A stretch of DNA of 64,000 nucleotides from Stylophora pistillata (lineage: Eukaryota), in NCBI RefSeq assembly GCF_002571385.2, contig NW_019218339.1, positions 1-64,000 of the forward strand, given 5' to 3'. Under the pieces are notes generated by a model. It was given only the letters and a program-made list of their open reading frames with translations. It was not told the DNA's origin and ran no database searches. Positions 26,185-37,800 of the stretch are shown one piece after another. Each line of letters starts with the position of its first letter. Position 1 is the first letter of the stretch. Made by a program: the position numbers and the translations under genes.

Positions 26185-26782
26185 ACTGTACGTTTAACTC
26201 GATAATACTCGGTGATGTGAAGAAACTGCTTCGAAATGAGCACTGGTAGCGAGTGTGATCTTCTTCGGTCACGTTCATAATATTCAAAGTCTTGTCCGTA
26301 ATGAAAATGCGTTGTGGATCATCGTAAATGACTTTGCTTCCAGTCATTGTTGAGTTGATGGCCAATCCGGCCCATTCATCACTGTTATAAGGTTGTTCTC
26401 TGGACCAGGTAAGCAAATGAAATATATCGGCTTGTTGTTGTTCTTGAGGAGTCAGCACATAATCGCATGGGAGTGCAACATTTAAACCAGCGACCACGTC
26501 GATTACATGGTTTGCTTGTTGCTGATAAGACCATTGAAATCCCTCTAAAACCATATAAGCCATTAGTCAGACATAATTCAAACCCGACGGCTTAAGAAAG
26601 TACCGACTACATACGGCAAACAGCTCAATATTAGCGACATGGTTTGAAAGTTTTACCCGCCGCTCGCTTAAAAGATACAATCAAACCAAACTCTGACAAA
26701 ACAAATTTCAACATCACTTACCTAGTAAAACTACACTGTTTAGAAAAAGTAGTAACACCCAGGCGGTATTGGAATCTTCCAT
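26185..26782 (-). CDS. Gene 2: signal peptide plus canonical Ig V-set domain (5' part only)
   Basis: Exon 1 26782-26722 (MEDSNTAWVLLLFLNSVVLL, GTAAG donor). Exon 2 26544-26185 (360 bp: VALPCDY..LLTWSRE..DHTRYQCSF, GTAAGT donor). Confidence 0.8.
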
Positions 26783-28287
26783 TCTTCACGCGATCTTCTT
26801 TAAGAGGAAGTAAGGCATGATCGAAAGCTCTTTGTATATTTATTTGTGTTAGCGACAAACTCTGCGGTCCCTCCTTAACTGACGTCAAACGCTTTCCCGA
26901 GCTATTGTTTAGAACTTTTCAATCATGCATAGATGATTATGTAAGCAACAGGAAATGAAAACATGCCGAGAATGACTGATACTGTTATTTGCTGTACACA
27001 GTGTACATGTTTGTCACTCTCTTGTATGTCTATTTCTGGCTCCAAATTTTTAGCCCCAGCCCTGGGGGACAATCTAAACATCTTGGAAGCCAACTTAACT
27101 GATGGTTTTTTTTTTTTCATTTTTATCCTTAAGTATTTATTTTGTAGTAATCGTTTAAAATGGTTAGCGGGTGGGTTTCGAAAGGAGTGAAAATTGTTTC
27201 TCAAGAATACTTGCAAAATCTAAACAGAAAAAGTCAGGTCGCACAGGTTTTTTTTTTAAAATGTGTAAAATATACGAGGCCGATATTGATCCATATTTGT
27301 CAAGGATCAAGGCATATAACGTTTTTGTTGGAAAATATAAGGTGTAAGGGTTGTCTGTCCAAACAAAATAATAACTGCTGTGGACTGTGTAACATTTGGG
27401 GGTAATTTTAATTGGAAACTAATCGACGACGCTGTGCTGTAGAGATGTCTTACTTTAGCTCGAGGCTGTGTTAATATCAAACAGTGTGCCTAGCTTGAAA
27501 ATTATATGCAAGTTTTAAATTTTGCGAATTTAGCTTGATCCGCAAATATTGGTTTCAAAATACACCGTGAATTAAGACGTCACAAAAAAATTTTTGTTAG
27601 TGCAATGAAAAAACTCGAGGGTATTAACAAGGATAAGTGGCAAGCTATCGGTTAGATTTCTTTGTTGCGTCAAATCTTCTACGAAGTGATCGATTACCTT
27701 CTAAGATTGTACAGAATTCAGTTAACTTTCCAAAATTCTTTTCGCAAATCTCAAAATCGCCAATTTGCAACATGAAACTAGGACAACATTTTCATGCCTC
27801 GGGTAATTATTGTGGGCAAAGCAGTTTTTTTTTTTAGCCTTTCCACATGTTTACCTTTTATGTTTTTCCTTTTGGAACAATAGCAGTAATGTGTGCTTTG
27901 TCTGTAAGAGATTTTAGTGAGACATCTGTGTGATTTCATTTCTCTTGTATTTGTCTCAGTGCGATTGTAAATCTGTGAGTTGGCGATGTCAGAGCGGCCA
28001 TGCCGAGTGAACGACTGAATGCAACGAAAACCAAAGAATTCCTTCATTCATTTGCAATAATTAGAACTAAGTTTTAAGCGGTAGGTTAGATAAGAATATG
28101 CAAGGTTTTTGGACCTTATTATTTTAAAAATAAAGTAGACCTTCATCAAAGATCTGACGTATGTAAACAATGCTTTTCAAATTTGTGCGTCGAAAGAAAG
28201 GAATTGAGATGACTCGGAAGATGATGACTAGCTTTATGAAAAGTGTTTTTGTAATTAATGTTCACAACTTGATTCTGTGGTTAGCAT

Positions 28288-28403
28288 TTTATCCTATTTT
28301 CGCCAGTTAAGGAAATATCAGGTGGCAAAATATTGATTCCACATAATTATCCTATTTTCGACGGTGAAGGAAATATCATGCGGGAAAATATTGACTTCCC
28401 ATA
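28288..28403. repeat. Two-copy ~58-bp tandem repeat in the gene 2/gene 3 intergenic region
   Basis: TTATCCTATTTTCG..AAGGAAATATCA..AAAATATTGA occurs twice. Confidence 0.6.
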
Positions 28404-28830
28404 ATGCTAATAAGTTTTATATATTCCGCAGCCTTGTGTTGCAAGTCATCATGAAGTGTCTCCATCTGGAAATAACACTGAAGGTGTGGTAAATTTTTTC
28501 TTAATATTTCCGGGTAGAACTTTGAATACCCCGCGCGCGTTAAATAGCTCGCGTTCGTCACGCATATGCTTTTCTTGAAAGCGAGCGTCACGGATTAAAT
28601 CCGTGGCGCTCGAGAGAAAAACAAAAGAAAGGGTACCGAAGTTGTCTTTTAGCAGAAGGCACGTACGTACACTGAATCGAGGTGGCCCCGCCTCAGTTGG
28701 ATCGAAAATTAATTGGTTTATGAAAAGATGGTTAATCCGGACGTGTGTAATTCTTGAGTTCTCATTTTCTTAAGGTGAACTTGAACGGCCGCCTCAAGTT
28801 TTAATAAGAACTTCTTGGTCATTGTTGATC

Positions 28831-31800
28831 ATGGATAACTCCCTGACAGTTTGGACGTTTTTTTCGCTATTTTGTGTGTCAGGTAAGGTGCAATGTAATA
28901 CCTCTTAAAACCTATTTTAATAGCCAAGTATCTTTTTTTTCCTTTTACTCACTTTTTAATCCCTCTCATTTTTCGAAGAATCTCTGTCTTGGACCATCAA
29001 ACAGCCCCGCAGTGTATACAGAGGATCACCCATCACACTAGAATGGACAATATCACTAACAACAGAAGAAAGGAAGAGAGCGGATCGCTTTTCTTTGATT
29101 CTCTTGGAACGTGAGAAGTTTCTTTACAGCAATCAGTGGCAGATCATGGCTGTTAAACAGTATTACAATGGTATTTATCAGGAAATCGACAATGAGGACA
29201 CTTTTGATGTGATTCCTGGAAAGGACATGGCACTCAAATTGAACAATGTCACGGACACAGATGCTTCCCGGTTTCGTTGCACATTTCTTAGCTCATTTGC
29301 ATCTCCGAAGAGTATCATAGAGGTGGAAATAGAAGGCGAGTCTTTGTCGTCTGTGGAAGTCTCTACTTTTAGATGTAATAGGTAATCTTTCAGGTGTACC
29401 CCTGACCTACTGCCTNNNNNNNATCATTATCTAACAGGACAGCGGGGTACTCTTCACACTTTTAATTGGGGATGTTATTTCTTTCTTGTTTTAGATTCTC
29501 CGATATACGTACGTCTTATGGACGGAACTACTCCCAATAGAGGCCGAGTAGAAGTGTATCGTAATGGATTTTGGGGCACCATCTGTAGAGACAGTTGGGA
29601 TATTCCGGATGCTTCAGTTGTTTGTCGAATGTTGGGTTACGCGGGAGCCTGGAAAGCTGGCTGTTGTACTGATTATCGGGGTGGGACTGGTCCAGTATGG
29701 CTAAGTGACATTTCATGTACAGGACAAGAGAAGTCTTTATTAGAATGTCGTCACAGTGGTTGGGGTGTCAATAACTGTGATCACAAAAAAGATGCAGAGG
29801 TCGTATGTTACAGCTCGCCAACAGTAAAACCATCTCACTTTTTCAGTGGACAAACCATGTCAGCAAGAACACAAAAATCTTTTTTTTCTAGCACAACAGC
29901 AGTTACATCCACATTGGCTCAGTCTATTTCGACACAGGTGCTTCCACCAATACCCTTCAGTCCAACATCAATACAATTCCAAACCCATATTGTTCGAGTT
30001 ACAGAAGCTATAGACGTATCTCCGAGTTCTTCGTCGTTGGCCGTCATGTCCAGCTCTGTTATTTCGTCCACAAACCCCAGTAAGTAGCCCGTGCAGTCGT
30101 TGTTCCAGCTCATTAACAACTGTCGAAATGCAATCACTTTCCAAGGCTTTGACATGAATATAGACGTTAAGTTGTGTTACCCCTTTGTTGTCAGTGTGGA
30201 ACGGCTCTCGATTAGTAAAATAAGTTAGATTCTGTGATCAATCAGGGACTTCCATGTGAGTGTGCTTAGCATAGAGATTAACCCCCAGAAAATGAAGATG
30301 AGAGGATACAAAAGAACGGTTTGAGGCAGACACTCACCACGCAGTTCTATTTTACAGACATGAACCATTAAATGATAAACAAGTCACTGTTTTATGACTT
30401 AATTGTTGAGCTCAACACCGAATACAAGTAGATACGTGTGAATTCGGCATTTTCGATCACAATATGACTTTTTTAAACAGTTGTGTTTATTGAGCTGCTG
30501 AATGGCGGTGGTCACCCAAATCAAGGTCGTGTTTCACTTTACTACAATGGCCAGTGGGGTACAATATGCCAAGATCATTGGGAGTTGAATGATGCCCATG
30601 TGGTGTGTCGTATGCTGGGATACCCAAGAGCTTTTGACTTTACCAACAGGACAGTCTTCGGTAGTGCTAACGATGGACCAATATGGTTAGATGAAGTCAA
30701 CTGCACGGGAAATGAGAGCACCCTCGCAGCTTGTCCACATGCTGGCTGGGGAAAAAGTAACTGTGATCACAGTAAAGATGTGGGGGTGAAATGTGACTTT
30801 AATTACACTGTGGAGGCAAAAGGTACGGCAATAAGCTAATACGATTATCAGATAATATTTGCAAACCGCAAATTCATTAATTCCTAGAAGTCAGCCAGTC
30901 CGTCAAGCAATCGATTTGTGCTTCGTAAGTTTTTGGTACCTGGGTGTTTCGACAAAGTCTTTAATGTCTGAAACTCTCTCTGCAGATGCAAGTTGCTCAT
31001 TTGACACTTGGTATTGCGGTTGGGAGAATGGACCAGGCAGCCAGGGATTTACATGGACCAGGAAGTTTGGTTCGACGATATCAAGTGAAACCGGACCATC
31101 CCAGGATCACACCTCTGGGAATGGTAAGGGATGCTTCATACCGAGGAATGTGAACGAGTTATCAACATGATGATACAATTAAAAATTTTTCGTGTGTATT
31201 TTAGTGTTAGAAAAAGCTTAGTTTTTGGTTCCACGTTCACGATAAGACGATTTACATTCTTTTATTCGTCGACGGAACTTAAAATCAACCGTTTTTTGGT
31301 TTGTTTGTTTCAGTATTGAATGTGCATGTAACTGTCGGAATCACTGATTGTTGTTTTTTTCTCTCCGCTAGTATCAGTAACTCCACCAACATTATTAATT
31401 GCCTAAGGGATGTCACGCAAAGCTTTTGCGTTACATCCAGGAATGACCATGACCACCCTTATTTCATTGTAGTTCTTTCCCCACTGCAGGTTTTTACTTT
31501 TACATTGAGGCATCTGGACGAAGCATGGGTGAAATTGCTTCACTCGTGTCTCCATATATACGAAGTGATGGAAACACCACGTGTATGGTATTCTTTTATC
31601 ATATGTATGGACAGTCCATTGGTACGCTCACAGTCAAGGCTGGAGATCAAGTTTTGTGGCAGTTGTCAGGCAACCAGGGAAATGCTTGGTACAGGGCAAC
31701 TGTACCCCTTAATTTCAATGCCACTTACAGGGTACGGCAGCTGATCTTTTCACGAACATACGTCACCTGCATGAAGTAAAGTATTTCATGACAAACGATT

Positions 31801-34800
31801 TTTTTCACGTATTTTACTTTATCCTTGTTTGGTTCAGGTGATGTTTGAAGGTGCTGTTGGTAGCACTGCACGCAGTGATATCGCTATCGACGATGTTGAG
31901 TTCCAGGGAAATACAGAGTGCGAGAAGACGGCTGAAACGTTAGGTTAGTGGACCGTTAAACTTCGAAATTATGCCATGGGACTAAAATAATTGTTGGTGT
32001 TACCAGGTACGATGTAAATGTAAAAGAGTTTCAGGTGTAACTAGACTCAGTGTTTTCATTAGTTTCCGCCAAGTGCTTCTGTCCTTGCCTTCTCGCTTAG
32101 AGGCACTGTGTTTGAGTGAAGAAAGCCTTGTTCCCTCAATCCAGAGGTTCGGGCTCAAGAATCGCTGTGATCGCCAGATGGAATTATTTATGGTCAGTTC
32201 AAATCTTCCACCACGCTTTTTGATGGCAGCTTCTTCCTGCCATTTGGTGATTTCGATCGTGTCACGCTTGAATACTATTATTAAATTTTAGTCATTTGAC
32301 GGTTTGTTTAATCAGTGGGCCACAATGAAAACTACCGGGCCACTGGTAATTACAAAGTATTTTTATCAGTAATGGTGTGCAGGAAGGTCAATTTGATGGC
32401 ACCGCACTTGTTAGACCCTTGGAAATTACCTTTCTTGATTAAAACTCACGGTCTCAAATATAATTTGGAAAGCTCGAACGAACGATTTTCAAAGATTTAG
32501 TTCCTCTTTGTTGGCATACATTCGCTCATATTCTCATTCTCTTTCCTTGTTTTCAGTCCCACCAAAAATCGTGTGGATTTCCCCAAATCGAACAGCTGAA
32601 CTTGGCAGTGAGGTTACGTTAGTATGTACCGTAATTGGTCTCCCCACACCACGTGTGATATGGAAGAAAAATAGAAGAGTTCTTTCGGGGAGTCAGGTGA
32701 CTGGTAACGTCACTCTACTGAATATCTCTCAGTCCGATATTGGCAGTTATGAGTGCTGGGCAGCTAATGATGTGGGCACTGACACCAGAGCTACAGTACT
32801 CGACGTTTTAGGTTGGTGGATTAATTTTTTTCTTGACTATTCCGGAGTGAATACATTGAAATTGCGTACATTTGATGAATCAGAAGTAGCATTGTTAAAA
32901 CTCAGACGAGTTGTGAACTTAGCAAATTTGAGGGCTCATTAATTTTGAATACCCAGAAAAGCAAACGTACTCTCCTCTACTTCTACAGAACGTTTTGAGT
33001 GTCTGGGAATTGCAAATAGTTTGCAGTAACGGGGCTGTTCTCTTTTTTGGAATGACCTATGCAAAGTGCTGAAACTGTGAGTGTTATGGATGAGAAGCGC
33101 AATCCAGACCAGATTTTCTCTAGCTTAGTTATTGTTCCCCAATCTAAAGATGGACATTCTATGAAATTAACTTCTCTTGTTTCATTCTCTGAAGGATCTC
33201 CGATGAAAATAGTAATCACCAGCAACGCGTCTTCGAATGTGGCAATTTAGGGGGACTCTGTTGCCATACGGTGCTGGTCATATGGCTACCCTGGTCCACT
33301 CTGTCACATATATCGCGAGGGTAATTTACTAGGCGCAAATAGAGGTGTTTATGTTATTGAAAACTTCACTACTTTGGATCAAGGAGTCTACATTTGCAAC
33401 TGCTCTAATGTCGCTGGTGCAGCGCAGGCAAACTTTTCCCTCGCTCTTTATAGTAAGTGGCTTGATGATTAGATTCGTTTTCTTAGTACAAACAAGTGGG
33501 AGAATAGTTGACTCCAAATGGCTTATAGTTGTTTTTTAGTATATCTAGTGTGTTTACTCGAGTCCTAAAATGTCATCCGTAGTAACATTGTTAACCAATG
33601 ATAATGATAATAATCAACTTATTTACGGAAGATAACCGTCAAAAGTATTTCAACTGATGAGCAAGTGGTCCTCTATCTTAAAGCCAAACTGCAGCATGCA
33701 ATGTGGAACTGGAAGGGAAAGGTCCAAGACTTACTTTTTACCTTACAGAGTCCCCAGCTATCCACACCATTTATCCAGCCTATCAACTTGTGAACGAAAC
33801 TGATGCATTTGAATTTTTCTGTAATGCGACGGGAAATCCAACCCCGACAATAACATGGTGGAAAATTGGCGACACTAGCAAAGTATATTCCACAGAACCA
33901 ACACTGGCAATACAAAATGCTTACAAATCAGACTTTGGCAGCTACCGATGTACCGCAACAAGTATTCGCGGTGAAAACGTGTCAGCTGTTGCGCGGGTGG
34001 AGATGGATAACTGTGAGTAGAATTTCTGATAATACGATAGTCACAAGATAGAACATGTTCTGGCTTAGACGGAGGCGAAAATTCATCGTGAGCCTTACGT
34101 CAGTTAGATTTGGGCGTTAACATCGATTTATACAGGTAAACAATATGATAAAGAAAGAAATGATAGTGTATCACCAAAGTAAATAAGACGGCAGAGTTTA
34201 AGTTGGGCGCAAATTATCAGTGCCTATAACGGTGTTTGTCAGTTAATGCACTCTCCCCCTCCTTCCACCCCTCCCCAATGATTTACTCCTCCTCCCAACC
34301 CCCCTCCCGAATGATTCACTTTGTATCAGAACAGTATCTGATATGCTTAAATATCAGTAAGGAAAAGCATCAACCTTGATGGCGACTGATAATGTTTTTT
34401 TTTCGAAGAAGTCTTTCAAAGCCACTGCGTGATCTGATTTTCAAGATTTGTGTTTTTACATGTTTGTAGTTTCGCCGACAGTCGACTACATTTGCTGTAA
34501 CGTGACTATTTTGGAAAAAGAAAGAAGAAATGTTACAATGTACTGTAATGCCACAGGAAGACCAGCGGCTCAGCTGTCCTGGATAAGAGTTGTAGATGGT
34601 AAAACATTGGTCACTGGGAATACTTTAGTAATCACAGCTGCTGGTCGGTCGCATCGTGGTGAATACAGATGCGTCAGTGATAATGGAGTGCGGAATCCTG
34701 TGTCCAAGTCGGCATACGTGAACGTGCTTTGTAAGTTCAGAAAGTTTCTTGTTGAAGTCACCTAGGCAATTATTGTTCGAGGTGTCTTTCTCGTGAGTCA

Positions 34801-37800
34801 AGCTTCACTTCAAATGCTCAAAGACCACAGCTTAAAAAGGAGAATATATGTTTTCCACAGCATCATCGCCTAAACTCCCACGGGACTTTTTTCGCATTTT
34901 GCAGTTACCAAGAATGTTGAGTCCTTTTTTCACATTTTGTCCATTCTATTTAAAGACGCAGCAAATGCATCATCTGAGAACGAGAATCGTTTATTTCATA
35001 CTAACGAAATGGTGGGAAACTACACGACGATTAGTATTGTCCGTACTTGAAACTTGACCAAGTTCTTTCAAATTAAGTCAGTTAATGTTAATTCAGTAAG
35101 TTAAGACAAGCTCTGGACATATTCTCGTATTTATATTCACCACACACCAAAAAGCGTCTGTTAGAGGAGGTGTACTGTTTGCCTAAAATCAAAATCTCAA
35201 TTTCTCTCTTTTCCTAAAGATAATCCAATAACCACAAGATTAACAACCGATAAATTAAATGCAGTGGTGCTAGGAAATGGTCGCATTGCAATGACTTGCA
35301 TAACTGATGCCAACCCACCGCCAAGTCAATACAAGTTTTATCGTAATGGTGTCTACTTAAGGACAAGTCTTACAAGAGTGCATGTTATTCACAAGGCCAG
35401 ATATTTTGACGCAGGAACCTATATGTGTGTACCAATCAACAGGCTTGGCTTTGGTTCAAACGGCTCTGTCCAGGTTTCGGTGATTGGTAAGTAAGACCAG
35501 CTCTTGCACTTTCAGTCGCCATAACTTTAGGCGACTCGAAGCGACTCAACTGATTTAAGTACAATATTTCCGAAATTTCACGCGACGTGAGGCGACTTAA
35601 GTAGGCCTCAAGCAACAAGCACAGCATCAAAAAGTCATCCACCTGGCGTTGTGTCCATGGTATTTTGATTTGTGCAGAAATACAGAGAAACTAGTCCTAA
35701 GCTTGTGGGTCATTGACCTGCTTTGTCGTCAAGTCTTCAAAGAAATAAAGAGAACTGCGATCTAAATTCCTCCAATGTTTGTCAACAGGTGCTTTTTCTA
35801 TCATGCACTTCCCACGGAACATGACTGTCAACGAAAGTGCACGTGTGTCATTTTTTTGTAATGCTACTTCTTATGCCCCATATGGGAAATTTGCTCCTCA
35901 AATCTCTTGGAGTAAGCTAAGAGACAAAAGCAAAGTATTCCCAGCAGGTGAACAGCTCGTTATGAGGAATGTTAGTAGATACGATGGAGGTACATACATC
36001 TGCACAGCTAGGAACGGAGTTGGGCTTCCTGATACTAAAACGGCGGTGCTAAGTGTGTTACGTGAGTAAAAACATTTGACATTATGAAAAAATGATTGTC
36101 TTTAGTAACCAACCAATTTGATTGAGTTGCTGAACCGGTTGTTACTATATTCTGCAGATAAACCATATGACACTAAGCTTGGGGCATCAGTTCCAGACAA
36201 TATTGCAGTATTAAACTCATCAGTGGTATTAACTTGTAGAGCAAAGGCCAATCCACCGGTTACATCCTATAACATTTATCACAATGGCATCTTAGTGTCC
36301 AATACATCCAGTGGTATTCACAACATCACGCACGCTCTGGCTGAAGATAATGGATCATACGTCTGTATACCGCACAACGAGTTTGGTGAAGGCGAAAAGG
36401 CAGCTTTGAACGTGTCTTTTGTGGGTATGTTAAGACTCTCAGTTATGAATCCGTCCTTTATGTCCAAAGAGTTTTGAATGACCAGTATTACTTGAGAACA
36501 TGTTAACTAAACTGAACAATCCGGTTATAAAAAACGAGCTATCTGTAAATTCCATAGAAATTCGTTATTATCTTGCTTTTGGCTAACGCACTTAGTTGCA
36601 CAAAAGAACTCAGTTAGAAGCATTATTGTCTCCTGTAATATAATTGGTTAATTTTGTCGTAGTAGCCCAGTGATAGTAATAGCCTCACATACTGAGCGTC
36701 TGATAGTTTTCAAACATAGGAACTGTCTTCGAGAATAATATTGATTGAGAAGAGTTATAATTAAGCTACCACTTAGACATACGCATGATGCACGATCCTC
36801 GCAGTAGATAGCGCTATTTATGCAATAGCGAAAATCAGACCTGAAAAAAATCAGGCCTGTACGGAACTCGAACCACGGACCTCTGCGATACTAGTGCAGC
36901 GCTCTACCAACAGAGCTAACAAGCCAACTGGGAGCAGGCCGTTAAGTTGATTCGTAATAAACCCGTGAAAGTGATAAATGAGAAACAATGAATATATGAA
37001 GTTCATATATTTTGAACTGCGGTATTAGATACGTATGATGCACGATTCTCGCAGTACATAGCGCTGTACAGGCCTGATTTTTTTCAGGTCTGATTTTCGC
37101 TATTGCATGGTGCTATCTACTGCGAGGATCGTGCATCATACGTATCTAATACCGCAGTTCAAAATATATGAACTTCAAATATTCATTGTATCTCACTTAG
37201 ACATAGTGCATGCCCAGAAAGATAATGCAAGTTTGGCTGTTTTTCCAAACAGGACCTTGTGGCGTTAAACGCGTGCATCATACCTGGTCGCCGCAGATTG
37301 TGGCAGGAGCTAAAGCTAAACCAGGGGAGTGGCCATGGCAGGTCCAGCTCGGATACTTTGACAAAACCGATAGCATCCCTCATCTTTGTGGTGGCTCCAT
37401 CTTGGATCACTACTGGATTGTCACGGCTGCACACTGTGTAAAAAGTGAATTTGGTAAAAAAACCCCCGCCAACTTCAATGTCACTGCTGGTAAGCCCTTT
37501 TTAGTTGGTACGAGTGTTTGTTATCCATACGGTAGAACACAGCCACTTGACCTCCCCAAAATTACAACCTCTTGCTACTAATAATCGAAAGCTTTGTCTT
37601 TTCATTAAGCCCGGGACACAGTTATATCGGAATGTTCTGACAATTATAGTATAGCTTCTAGTAGTCTAGTAATGTTACCTATTTACGATAGTAGCGTCAG
37701 TTTTGTTAACGTGATTGACCAAGACGCTTATTGCAACGAAATTTTATGGCTCAAGCATAGTCATTTTAAACTAAAGTGTGCAAGATTACATTCTCAAAGG

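Noticed and set aside
26880-26887. Perfect CRE palindrome TGACGTCA ~100 bp upstream of the gene 2 ATG
   Set aside because: An 8-mer is expected about once by chance in 64 kb; no supporting data.
26185-29335. RAG-type recombination signal sequences next to V exons
   Set aside because: No heptamer-spacer-nonamer arrangement seen by eye; the V exons end in ordinary splice donors.
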